This document shows, one piece after another, positions 1 to 11,526 of a stretch of 64,000 nucleotides of DNA (position 1 is the stretch's first letter; each line of letters begins with the position of its first letter). The notes under the pieces were generated by a model. The model had not been told where the DNA came from, searched no databases, and saw only the letters and a program-made list of their open reading frames with translations. The stretch comes from Squalus acanthias (Eukaryota). The translations under genes and the position numbers were made by a program. The stretch is from positions 139,502,001-139,566,000 of the forward strand of contig CM059432.1 of assembly GCA_030390025.1 (NCBI GenBank). Direction: 5' to 3'.

Positions 1-575
1 TGTTGGAGATAGTCATTGCCTGGCACTTGTGTGGCGCGAATGTTACTTGCCACTTGTCAGCCCAAGATTGAATGTCATCCAGGTCTTGCTGCATGCGAGC
101 ATGGACTGCTTCATTATCTGAGGAGTTGCGAATCTGTGCAATCATCAGTGAACATCCCCACTTCTGACCTTATGATTGGAGGGAAGGTCATTGATGAAGC
201 AGCTGAAGATGGTTGGGCCGAGGACACTGCCCTGAGGAACTCCTGCAGCGATGTCCTGGGGCTGAGATGATTGGTCTCCAACATCCGCAGCCATCTTCCT
301 TTGTGCTAGGTATGACTCCAGCCAGTGGAGAGTTTTTCCCCGGATTCCCATTGACTTCAGTTTTACTAGGGCTCCTTGATGCCACACTCAGCCAAATGCT
401 GCCTTGATGTCAAGGGCAGTCACTCTCGCCTCACCTCTGGAATTCAGCTCTTTTGTCCATGTTTGGACCAAGGGCTGTAATGAGGTCTGGAGCCAAGTGT
501 TCCTGGTGGAACCCACACTGAGCATTGGGGAGCAGGTTACTGGTGAGTAAGTGCCGCTTGATAGCACTGTCGACA
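1..575 (-). mobile_element. Non-LTR retrotransposon RT fragment (CR1/L2 superclade), frameshifted
   Basis: Minus-strand frames give ALDIKAAF..WHQG..WLESYL..GVPQGSVLGPTIFSCFINDL; runs off the window start. Confidence 0.9.
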
Positions 576-685
576 CCAGATGAGGGGAAGCTTGGTTTGA
601 ATCATTTAGTTATTTATTCTACAGCAAGATGAACATGCAGAGGAATAGATACGATCAGATTCGTTTAGTTCAGTTAATGCACCTT

Positions 686-1222
686 GGCCTAGAAGTTGGC
701 CTCTCTTTTCCCACCCACCCTCCCATTTTACAGGCGTAAAATGGCTGACATTGTCCAATATGGCATGTGCGTGTGTGCGCGCGCACATTCCGTGCAGAAA
801 GTGTACCAGCTGCCATATTGGTAAAGATAGAAAAAGGTGTCCAGGGCCAGTGCCTGAAACAGGTGTTGGGCCCTTTGCAAATGGAAATAAGGGGGCGAAC
901 GCCTGTTTGAGGCCCCCTTTGCAAAATTGGTATGCCCTGAATGCAGCCAGTGCTGGCCAGCTGCGTTCAGGAAAACGTGGTCTATGAATGACCTTAGCAG
1001 CGGCTCTTCAAGGGACCACTGGAGGCCAACACCAAAAAGGTAGATTTGTTTAAAAAAAATTTAAAAAAAATACTTCGCTGAATGTGGAGCCAAAGACGCT
1101 CAATCGCTTGCCAGTCTCAATCAAATGAGGTCCGAGGCCCAATATCTGGTGTTCCTTGGGCCTCCTATTCTGGCGCAGGGATTGTTCCCTGCGCCCAGTT
1201 CACGCTGACTGATCTCTAGGCC
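686..1222. mobile_element. Putative PIF/Harbinger-like MITE (family B)
   Basis: Ends GGCCTAGA.../...TCTAGGCC with flanking CTT direct repeat; interior colinear with 54515-55120. Confidence 0.6.
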
Positions 1223-1490
1223 CTTCTCCACATAACAAGATAAAGGTATTGAACATGCTATGCTACCCCACTTTAGTGGTTGTCTTGTTTGATTAACTCC
1301 TGGATTCATTCTTGCCACCCAGAGCAGAACAACATTTCCCTGCAGTCTCCTGTCTTTCACGAATGTTTTCTGCTTGACCGCTCTCTTTCAGAAACCAGAA
1401 TGGCTTTTTGGTATCTGGGTCTCTTTTCAATCCCAACTTCACAGACAAAGAGCAATGGGTTTCCAACGCATTGGGTGAGAGGTGTTTTCC

Positions 1491-1990
1491 AGCAACAACA
1501 ACTTGCATTTATATAGAGCCTTTAACGTATTAACACGTCCTACGGCACTTCACAGGAGTGTTATTAGAGAGAAATTTGACACCGAGCCACATAGAGATAT
1601 TAGGGACAGGTGATTAAAAGCTTGCTCAAAGAGGTAGGTTTTAAGAAGCGTCTTAAAGAAGGACCGAGAGGTTTAGGGAGTTGCAGAACTTGGGGCCGAG
1701 GCAGCTGAAAGCACGGCTGCCACAGGTAGGGCAATGGAAATCGGAGATGTGCCAGAGGCCAGAATTGGAGGATCGCAGAGTTCTCCTGAGGGTTGTAGGG
1801 CTGGAGGAGGTTACGAGGCGTGAGGCCATGGAGGGATTTGAACGCACATGAGAATTTTAAAATCAAGGCGTTGCTGGACCGGGAGTCAATGTAGGTCAGC
1901 AAGCACAGATGGGTGAACGGGATTTGGTGTGAGTTAGGATACAGACAGCAGAGTTTTGGATGAGCTCAAGTATATGGAGGGTGGAAGAAG
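1491..1990 (-). mobile_element. L2 LINE 3' fragment
   Basis: FKSLHGL..L.NLLQPY ORF2 C-terminal remnant; tail ...CTATATAAATGCAAGTTGTTG on minus strand. Confidence 0.85.
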
Positions 1991-2447
1991 GGTCCAAGAA
2001 CCCAGATAAGTAATGCTTGGCTTTTAAAAACAAAGTGTATTTTTACAAGTTTTTTTCCCCATAGACTAAGCAATAAACAATTTGTTGGAAAAGTTGACTA
2101 TTTTCTCAAATCCTTTCTGTGGAAATAGTCGAATTTTGAGATGTGACAATGCTGCACATAATTGTTGAAGTGAAAGGACCACAGAATACACTAGGAGGTT
2201 CTCCACCCGCACACGCTCTCAGTTTTACATGTGCTGGGACACTTGCAAGTGCTGTGCAACAAATTGTAAATCGCTCCTCTAAAGCTTATCCCCTGACTTC
2301 TGGACATATAGTCCACTAATCAATTCTGCTAATTTCCAACCATTCTAGATTTGTAGGAAAAAGATTAGCCTACCGTGTAGCAGATTTTAATAACATTTTT
2401 GCGGTTTGTTAAATCTTCCAGAACTCAGTGTAACTGTTTCATTGCAG

Positions 2448-2614
2448 AGTTACTTGTCTGGGAATGTGAAGGAAAGCATCAATGGTAATCTGTTTCCTGC
2501 TTTGAGAAGGACAAGTCGGTTGCGCCAAACTGATACCTCCTTAGATTCGAGCTGCAATGAAAAGAGCATGGAAGAGACGCATGACAATGGGATGGAAGGA
2601 CAACATTTTACCAG
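2448..2614 (+). CDS. ATAD2: ATAD2 exon 2 (5' boundary uncertain)
   Basis: ttgcag|AGT acceptor (alternative ttccag ending at 2421); SYLSGNVK...DSSCNEKSMEETHDNGMEGQHFTR; donor AG|gtaaaa. Confidence 0.8.
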
Positions 2615-2930
2615 GTAAAAGAACTGTTCATAACTAACGTTAGTTAAATTATTGATTAATGTATGATTCCTGTACTTTTATAGTGCCATGGTTTCCTTCT
2701 GCGATGTATGCATTGCATTGTCTTAAATTTCAATCTTGGCATGTCTACCTTGATTGCTTTTGTATTGCAACTTTTAGTATGCATTTGTTGCCACCAGAGA
2801 GCGCCATTGTATTTTTGTAAATACCAAGAAACAAATATAACTACTGGAGTTCAGATAGCCCAAGAATGTTATATTTTCCTCACCAATACATTTTCCCTTC
2901 AGTCTTTAAGCACTCTTCTTCTCTCTGCAG

Positions 2931-2974
2931 ACAATCGTTAAGACTAAAAATCAACAAAAGCAATGATAAAGAAG
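2931..2974 (+). CDS. ATAD2: ATAD2 exon 3
   Basis: ctctctgcag| ... G|gtaaat; RQSLRLKINKSNDKE; phases 2 and 1 fit the neighbouring exons. Confidence 0.85.
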
Positions 2975-3296
2975 GTAAATCAAACTTTTCTTTTGAATAG
3001 TTGCTTTAAGTGCTTTATTTCACTAATGTATACCAGATACATCTGGGAATGTCATATTAAATCTGCTGGGATCAGTCCTATAATAGAGCAGATTATACGT
3101 GAATGCAGTCATCTCGGCTGACGTTTTTAAGTATGCGTTCTGCACATGAAGTTTACTCAAGTTGGGACTTGCTATCTACAACTTTTGCCCATAAAATGGT
3201 AGCTGTTAACCTGAACATATTGGAAGTGGCACATAATGTATTGCTCAAAGATTCAGGGCAATGTTGTACAATTGGGGTCAATTCTGTATCCCATTA

Positions 3297-3905
3297 AGCA
3301 ATAACAACTTGCATTTATGTAGCACCTTTAACATAAGAAGACATCTCAAGGCGCTTCACAGGAGTGTAATCAGACAAAATTTGACACCGAACCACAAAAG
3401 GAGATAGTAGGCGGGATGACAAAAAGCTTGTTCAAAGAAGTAAGTTTTAAGGAGGGTCTTAAAGGAGGAGAGAGAGGCGCGAGGCCTAGGGAGGGAATTC
3501 CAGTGCTTGGGGCCTAGACAGATGAAGGCACAGCTGCCAGTAGTAGGGTGGAGGGGAGCATAGGAGGCCAGAATTGGAAGAGGATTGTAGGGCTGGAGGC
3601 GGTTACAGAGATCGGGAGCAGCGAGACCATGGAGGGATTTGAACACGATGACCATTTTAAATTTGAGACATTGGTAGAGCAGGAGCCAGTGTAGGTCAGT
3701 GAGCACAGGGGTGATGGGTGAATGGGACATGGTATGGGTTAGAATACGGGCAGCAGAGTTTTGTATGAGTTCAAGTTTATGAAGGGTGGAGGACAGGAGG
3801 CCAGTCAGGAGAGCATTGGAATAGTCGAGTCTGGAGGTAACAAAAGCATGGATGAGGATTTCAGCAGCAGATGTGCTGAGGCAGGGGAGGAGACCAGGAA
3901 TGTTG
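3297..3905 (-). mobile_element. L2 LINE 3' fragment
   Basis: ORF 3356-3730 PITPVLTDLHWL..FKSLHGLA..WNSLP..FKTLLKTY, the typical L2 ORF2 end; same tail as other copies. Confidence 0.9.
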
Positions 3906-3981
3906 CTGGGAGCTCAGCTGAGAGTCAATTTGCTGTTTATTAATAATAATTCTGTACTATACAAGCCTGAGAGTGCTTTAA

Positions 3982-4785
3982 GATTATGAAAGGGTTTGAC
4001 AGGGTAGACGTAGAGAAAATGTTTCCACTTGCGGTGAGACCAGAACTAGAGGCCATAAATATAAGGTAGTCACCAATAAATCCAATAGGGAATTCAGGAG
4101 AAACTTCTTTACCCAGAGAGTGGTTAGAATGTGGATCTCACTACCCCAAGGAGTATTTGAGGTGAATAGCACAAGTGCATTTAAGAGGAAGCTAGATAAA
4201 CACGAGGGGAAAAGGGGGGGGAAAAGAGAGCACTTGCATTTATATAGCATCTTTCACGACCTCAGGACGTCCCAAAGCACTTTACAGCCAATGAAATACT
4301 TTTGAAGCGTAGCCTCTGTTGTAATGTAGGAAACGTGGCAGCCAATTTGCGCACAGCAAGCTCCCACAAACAGTAATGTGATAATGACCAGATAATCTGT
4401 TTTAGTGATGTTGATTGAGGGATAAATATTGACCAGGACATCTGGATAACTCCTCTGCTCTACTTCGAAACAGTGCCATGGGATCTCTTGCATTCACCTG
4501 AGAAAGCAGACAGGACCTCTGTTTAACGTCTCATCTGAAAGACGGCACTTCCGACACTGCAGCACTCCCTCAGTACTGCGCCGGGAGTGTCGCCCTAGAT
4601 TTTTGTGCTCAAGTCTCTGAGTGGGACTTGAACCCACAACCTTCTGACTCGGGGGAGAGTGCTACCCACTGAGCCACAGCTGACATCGATTGAAGGATAT
4701 GTTGATAGGGTTAGATGAAGGTTGGGAGGAGGCTCGTGTAGAGCATGGACCTGCTGGGCCGAATGGCCTGTTTTTGTGCTATAAA
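3982..4785 (+). mobile_element. CR1 LINE 3' fragment interrupted by a SINE
   Basis: TRGHKYK..RRNFFTQRVVRMW..LP CR1 ORF2 end; 3'UTR resumes at ~4688 after the SINE. Confidence 0.85.
4231..4685 (-). mobile_element. tRNA-derived Deu-domain SINE (SacSINE1-like), full length
   Basis: Minus strand: A box TGGCTCAGTGG, B box GGTTCAAGTCC, Deu-like core GATGAGACGTTAAAC..GATCCCATGGCAC, L2-like tail. Confidence 0.85.
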
Positions 4786-4888
4786 CACATTAATACTTTG
4801 TAAAGCCAGCATCTGAATCATCCAGAGAAGCAAAATGTGGATTTAAACACTACACACATGATGGTCATCCATGGTATTCTCTCTCTAG

Positions 4889-5057
4889 TGAATGCAGCTC
4901 CAGTCACCAGATCACTTCGGAGTAACAGAGCTGAAATGGAAGTGGAGGAAAGAGTACATGAAGGCACTGATACAGAAGTGCGGCGCAGTTGTCGGCTCCG
5001 AAGAAATCGCTACAACACGTTAAACCAATCTGTACTCTTTGATAAATTGATAACAAA
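4889..5057 (+). CDS. ATAD2: ATAD2 exon 4
   Basis: ctctctag| VNAAPVTRSLR...EVRRSCRLRRNRYNTLNQSVLFDKLIT AA|gtaaga. Confidence 0.93.
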
Positions 5058-5186
5058 GTAAGAGTTGGGAACATTTTCTTTCCGTGCTTGTGATTCAACA
5101 ACTAGGAATCAGACTGTCTTGCTGTGTGGAACGTGTTACTGCAATCTAACTTTTGTTTTCTTCATTTGCAAACATTTGTTGGACAG

Positions 5187-5292
5187 CACTGCAGAAGCTG
5201 TTTTGCAGAAAATGGATGACATGAAGAAACTGCGTCGTCAGAGAATGAGAGAATTGGAGAATTTAAGAGTGCTCAATGATACAGAAGAAGAA
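5187..5292 (+). CDS. ATAD2: ATAD2 exon 5
   Basis: gacag| NTAEAVLQKMDDMKKLRRQRMRELENLRVLNDTEEE |gtaagt. Confidence 0.95.
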
Positions 5293-5784
5293 GTAAGTCT
5301 GTACTTTGGCCATTACTTTAAATAGTTGAAATGTGATTTGTGAACTGCATCTGAATGTGGCTAGATTGAACTGCTGCATGGTTGGAAAAATTGGTAAATT
5401 AGAAATGTTAGCTATTATTTAGGTCGGGAGAGGTAGACCCGATTTGAGTGAGAAATACCCGTCCTTGGAAACCATGCATATACTGGTTTGAGTCCTCGTG
5501 TTTGTTGACTGCCATAGTTGAGAGTTGACACAGGCCATCCTTTGTAGCCTGGCTGGTGGAAAGCTTTTGTTGGTGGGGGAAGGTGAGAGTTCTGCTGCAC
5601 CGTAGTAGAGACATGCAGTGTTGTTTAATCATGACAATTCTCCACACATTGTTAGAATAGCTGAATTTGGAAAATAATCAAAGGGAAAGCGCTGAGCTGA
5701 AGCCAGGCACGACCCCATCAAAGGGTAAAAGTTCTTCAAGATTGTACAATAGTGTGTAGTTCTGATACTGTCTTTTTTTGAAAG

Positions 5785-5875
5785 GAAAATCTGGATATGT
5801 ATTCACGTGTGAAAAAAAGGACAGTTCAGACAATAGATGAGGAAACCACAGAAGATCATGAGGATGGGAGTGCTG
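5785..5875 (+). CDS. ATAD2: ATAD2 exon 6
   Basis: tttttttgaaag| ENLDMYSRVKKRTVQTIDEETTEDHEDGSA G|gtaagt. Confidence 0.93.
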
Positions 5876-6616
5876 GTAAGTAACACAAGTTTAGTAGTAC
5901 ATCGACAATTGTGACTGTTTTCCCTCTCCTCCTGAGGGAATCTCAGTATTTTTAATCTAATATAAGTGAGTATGTCTAGACAGGATTAAGGCAAATGTAA
6001 GTCCTCTCCTGCAGAAAATGCTAGCTCATGATTTCAGGGTTATGGGGAAAAAGCTGGCGTGTGGGACTAAATTGGACAGCTCTTTCAAAGAGCCAGCACA
6101 TACACAACAGGCCGAATGGCGGCCTCCTGTGCTGTAAGATTCTATCTGGGGGAGGGGAACTAACTGCAACTGGTTTTAATGAAGCCATTTAGGTCACATG
6201 AAAAATAGGGTAGTGAGCATGATTTCCTTTTTCTACCTGTGCCACCTTCACTGTTCATCATTCCTGAACAGATGACCTATTTGCAGGACTTCACCTGTTT
6301 ATGTGGTCCAGAGCATGTGCTTGAATTATTCTGGAGGGGGAAATGGAAGATTTTAGTGCATATGCATATATTTTTATGGCATCTTGGTGGGGAGGAGAAG
6401 TAAAAATGTTCTGCTTACCATAAGGTGCCTGTAGCGGACTTGCTGATGAGAGGGTGAGTTTAACGTGATGGGTAGTTATTGCTCTGACGGGTAGGGAGCT
6501 TCCTTGGGTGGTGCCCGGCCACAGCTCTAGACTGAGATTCGTCAACTCGGCACAGAATGAGGATCAAACCTGGGTGGGAGCTTTGTGATCGTTAGGGCTC
6601 AGCTATACACCTCGGG

Positions 6617-7268
6617 TACAGAAAATAATCAAAAAGGCTAATGGAATGCTGGCCTTTATATCTAGAGGACTAGAATACAAGGGCTAGAAGTTATGCTACA
6701 GCTATACAAAGCCCTGGTAAGACCACACCTGGAATACTTTGAGCAGTTCTGGGCATCACACCTTAGAAAGGATATATTGCCCTTGGTGGGAATGCAGCGT
6801 AGATTTTCCAGAATGATACCTGGACTCCCAAGGGTTAAATTACGAGGAAAGATTACTCAAACTAGGATTGTATTCCCTGGATTTAGAAGGTTAAGGGGTT
6901 ATTTGATTGAAGTTTTCAAGATATTAAAGGGAAGTGATAGGGTAGATAGAGAGAAACTATTTCTGCTGGTTGGGGCGTCTAGAATTAGCGGGCATAGTCT
7001 AAAAATTAGAGCCAGACCTTTCAGGAGTGAAGTTAGGAAACACTTCTACACACACAGGGTGGTAGAAGTTTCGAACTTTCTTCCGTAAAAGGCAATTGAT
7101 GCTAGGTCAATTGTTAATTTTAAATCTGAGATTGATAGATTTTTGGTAACCAAAGATATTAAGGAATATGGGGCAAAGGCGGGTATATGGAGTTAGGTCG
7201 CAGATCAGCCATGATCTCACTGAATGGTGGAACAGGCTGAATGGCCTACTCTTGTTCCTATGTTCCTG
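6617..7268 (+). mobile_element. CR1 LINE 3' fragment
   Basis: ORF 6693-7088 LYKALVRPHLEY..FWA..; short tandem tail TTCCTATG. Confidence 0.92.
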
Positions 7269-7744
7269 TGCACTGAATGAACGGCGAGGACTTGCGGGGC
7301 AATATGAAATACTGTTAACCATTAAATACAAATCACAACAGACGGGATTTTGATGCCGATATTTTCTCGCCGAAGCAAGGAAACAGAGACATTTTGTCGT
7401 TCTAGTGCTGACCGTGCCCGAGGCTGGGTATAATTAGGAACTGTCAACTGATCCACATGCTGACAAAAAGTCCAAGTATAAATGCAGGTTTACAGACTAA
7501 ACGTCAGGGGATTCAAATAAACAATTTAAGATTAATAATGTTTGAAACATGCCGTAGTGACAAAGGGAAATCAAGGTTAACACGTAAAGAAATTAAGAGA
7601 ATAAAAGCCATTTTGACACTAATGCTTCCTCCAGTAGTCACTGATGTCCACCTTTTATATGTTTGGTTGCACCTGAACTGTGATTCATACAATATTGTGA
7701 GGTACTTTCCACTGATTCGATCTCTCTTTCTGTCAATTGTCTAA

Positions 7745-8410
7745 GGCTGACCAAGTCTGTTCACAACCTTGGTGTTTTATTTGCTCACGAATTGAGCTTC
7801 GTACCTCATATCCGTTCTATCACTAAGACCTTCGTAATATCGCCCGTATCTGCCCTTACCTCAAACCGTCATCCATGCTTTTACCACCTCTAGACTTGAC
7901 TATTCCAATGCACTCCTGGCCGGCCTCCCTATTTCTACCCTTTGTAAACTTGAGATCATCCAAAACTCTGCTAACTCGCACCAAGTCCCGCTCACCCATT
8001 TCCCCTGTGCGTGCTGACCTACATTGGCTCCCAGTTAAGCAACACCTCGATTTTTAAAATTCTCATCCTTGTTTTCAAATCACTCCATGACCTCGCCCCT
8101 CCTTATCTCTGCAATCTCCTCCAGCCCTATAATCCTCTGCACTCTGCCTATTCTGGCCTTTTGATTGGTGGCTGTGCCTTCAGCTGCCTGGGTCCTAAGC
8201 TCTGGAATTCCCTCCCTAAGTCTCTCCACCTCGCCACTTCTTTTTCCTCCTTTTAAGACGCTCCTTAAAACCTACCTCTTTGACCAAGCTTTTGGTTACC
8301 TGTCCTAATATGTGGCTCGGTGTCAATTTTATTTTTCTGATGACACTCCTGTGAAGTGCCTTGGGATGTTTTATTACGTTAAAGATGCTATATGAATATT
8401 TGTTGTTGTA
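7745..8410 (+). mobile_element. L2 LINE 3' fragment
   Basis: SRLDYSN..DLHWLP..FKILILVFKSLH..WNSLP remnants; (TTG)n tail. Confidence 0.88.
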
Positions 8411-8678
8411 CTAACGTTGTGATATTGGATAAAAATCTATCCTTAGATACCTGAATTTCTCATTAGCATACTTAAATGGGAGAAGCCGTACCATTCCTTT
8501 CCGACATTCCTTGATGGGAGCATGAGCTCATGTTTTCTCCCAGTTGATTTCGTAGCCTGATATGAAGGAATCAGCCAGGTCAAGAAGCTACGGTACTGAG
8601 GAATGAGTGCGTGGTATGTTCTCCCCCACCATCCAAGTTGAATTAACAAATAATTATTTCCTAAACCTGTAACTATAG

Positions 8679-8798
8679 AGTTATCTGAGGAAGAAGAGGC
8701 TGAAGATAGAGAAGATGAGGATGGTGAGGAGGATACTCAAAAGCGCTATTATTTACGTCAGAGGAAAGCTGCTGTGCAATGCCAAGCTCCGTGTGAAG
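8679..8798 (+). CDS. ATAD2: ATAD2 exon 7 (acidic tract)
   Basis: ctatag| ELSEEEEAEDREDEDGEEDTQKRYYLRQRKAAVQCQAPCE G|gtataa. Confidence 0.92.
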
Positions 8799-9960
8799 GT
8801 ATAACTGCTTTTTATTTGATGTGATCCAACCCAAGTCTATTTGTGCTCCTTTTATATAAAAAAAACTCCTTCCTTTTTTCTTGCTCCCTTGAGAACATGT
8901 TAATATTTACACTCCCTTTTGTTTGGCTTCTTGCTTCCAGACCTTTGATACTCTCTTGAGCTGGCTGCTGGGATGTACATGAAAATAGTAAATCAGTGAC
9001 TCCCTCTGATTGATTTATTTTAATGTATCGGTTTCCCCGCTGCCCCCCAAAAAGAAAAGGGTAGTGACAGGCCTTTTTGCAGGTCATTATCATCTTACTC
9101 TGGAAATTGTGGGGTGGAGCGGCTGAATTCTGTTGGCACTATTGTCAGGGTCTCCTGTTTTCCAGGGCAAGGAGAGATAAAGACTGATCTGGATGAAATG
9201 TTTTGACTTGTTATACGGCAAGTTTTCAGAGGTGGCACAAATACTGATGATGCTGTGGCGGCATCTTAGTTACCTCGGGCATCCATTTTAGTTATCGTTT
9301 CTCTGTCCAACTCTAGCAAGTGGGTTACTGGGGTTTGTAGCATCATTATCTTGGCCTGCTTTTTACAGCCACAGGTTTTAACTTTATAAACTGTGATTTC
9401 ATTTTAGACTGTTGCAGCAGACATGCACACTCGCGCATATACACGTGCGTACATGCGCACACAAGCTTGCACGTATACACATGCATACACGAGCCTGCCT
9501 GTCCACGCGCCTGCGTGCGTACTCCCGCACATGCGCTTACACCATACTGCATCTTTGTGTAGCCCAAGCCTAACAATGACCCTGTTTAGCAGTAAAATTG
9601 CACTCTAGAATTTAGGTAGGATTCACACTGCATTTCCTCTCAATCTGAGGGGCAAAATGTATCAAAGGTTAAACCACCTTTTATGCAACCTAAAATTTCT
9701 GATAGAAATACAGATAATGGCTGGACCTTGCAATTAAAGGTGAAATGCTCTGTTTATTCTATGGAACAGCATCTGTTTGTAAAACCAAAGCTGTGTGATC
9801 CTGCAAATTCTCATTTTTGGCTTTTATGGGTATGAAATTACAGACCAATAGATAACTGCCATTTATTCTTATGCAACGTGTTTAGGAAAACCTTCAGTCT
9901 GCTCTGTGTACATATTGGAAGGGTCTAATGAGATTTCTTCAATTATGTTCTTTGTACCAG

Positions 9961-10075
9961 AACCCGAAGGAAAACGCACGATATTTTATCGTGGCCCGGC
10001 TTCCCCTGTAAGACGAAGATTTCGATTTGGTACTCCTGGCTCTCGCAGTCCTTACAGCAAGAGAAAAATGACCAG
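9961..10075 (+). CDS. ATAD2: ATAD2 exon 8
   Basis: tttgtaccag| EPEGKRTIFYRGPASPVRRRFRFGTPGSRSPYSKRKMT AG|gtttgt. Confidence 0.94.
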
Positions 10076-10345
10076 GTTTGTAATGAAAGTATAATCTGCA
10101 ATCTATTTAGAATAAAATATTAGACCATGGTTAACAGCCTCTCATAGTAATAGGGCTCAAGGCACCTGTAATCAAAATAATTGATTTGATTGTCATCTGC
10201 TTGATCCCAAACAAAAATCTTGCCAATTAAACACTTTATATGGTGTTGTAAAGCTACATTACTTTGCATTAGTGTTTTCTAACTGTATGCAGCTCTGTCA
10301 TGTAAAAACTAGGAATTGTAACTATTGGCATCAACATGATTCCTA

Positions 10346-11227
10346 GGGGGAGAAATTCAGTATCGCCCCATTTGGGGCGCAGTTATCGGCCGGGCGCAAA
10401 GATTATCGCCTGGCGCTAATTATCGCCACCGACTGCAAACTTCACTTTTATCGCCCCTGGAGGTGATTGCAGCGCTATATCAGGCGCTTCACACCTGTCT
10501 TAAGGCGCAAAGGCCGAGGAGCGAGGCGCTACCTCAGAGCGCTGGCGAAGCTCATGTAATGTCAGTCAGCGATGGAACACACACACAATGGCACGGGCCA
10601 GTTCTTAAAGGGGATGGTTAATCTTGCTTTCCATCCACATCCTGCTCATTGCAGCCTTGAATCTCGGCCTGGAGAGACCTGCACATCAAATGTGCTGGAA
10701 AGAACAATGGAGAGTACCAGGGAAAGAGCTCAGAGTGCAGCCCCCACAATCTCTGCTAAATCGATACAAGGAATGGCAAATCAAAATGAACCTGCAAAGT
10801 GTTGCTCAGTACCCAAAACTCTTTCACACAACGTTGAATCTCTCCAGAAGTCTCTGCCTCTCTCTCTCAGAATGCGTAGTTCAAAAATGGCACCAACAAT
10901 AAAAGGCAGGAAGCGGTCACCTTTAAATAGCGCTCCCCCTTTCCCTTCATGACTGCAGAACGCTCCCCTCAACCTGTCGTTGCTAGCGTCAGGCGGTAAG
11001 GCAGGGGGCGCCACTCGATATCTGCTCCGGGGCGTTGCGCACTCGAGTGACGTCATGATCTGCCGGCGCAGGAGATCGTGGCGGTAGTGTTTAGCGCCGC
11101 CGCAAAATGTCTAGTTAATTTCGCGAGCGGCGCAAACTTCGCCACGCCTGGGCGCTAGATGCTTTGCGCCCCATTAGTGCCCTCTTAAGGCGCTAACGGG
11201 AGGCGCAACCAACTGAATTTTTCCCCC
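10346..11227. mobile_element. Non-autonomous DNA transposon, PIF/Harbinger-like MITE (family A)
   Basis: 16-bp TIR GGGGGAGAAATTCAGT / ACTGAATTTTTCCCCC (1 mismatch); 3-bp TSD CTA; CpG-rich subterminal GGCGC repeats. Confidence 0.8.
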
Positions 11228-11403
11228 CTAGTCTTTTTAGAAATTCTGAAGACTTGTCCCATAGTCTCTGAAAAGATGACAAATGCTCTTGCACTTGCTG
11301 GCTTAATCAACAGAAGATAAAAGAAATATCAAAGCTTTAAAACATGAGTGCTACATGTGGAACTTTAAGCAAATGTGTTTACAGAATATTTTCTTCTTTT
11401 AAG

Positions 11404-11514
11404 GCGAAGACATGCAATACACAGCAGTGATTCTACCTCCTCTTCCTCATCCTCCGACGAGGAGGGGCATTTTGAGAGAAGAAGAAACAAAACTAGGAAC
11501 CGAGCACTTTTGAG
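11404..11514 (+). CDS. ATAD2: ATAD2 exon 9
   Basis: cttttaag| RRRHAIHSSDSTSSSSSSDEEGHFERRRNKTRNRALL AG|gtacgt. Confidence 0.95.
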
Positions 11515-11526
11515 GTACGTCAAAAA

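Noticed and set aside
4620..4685. tRNA gene (A and B boxes on the minus strand; also ~11880-11945)
   Set aside because: These are SINE heads: they run on into the Deu-like body and L2-like tail, and I see no complete cloverleaf.
10572..11056. ORFs of 91-126 aa as a nested gene or transposase
   Set aside because: They lie inside a TIR-bounded MITE, show no DDE or other recognisable domain, and have no splice support.
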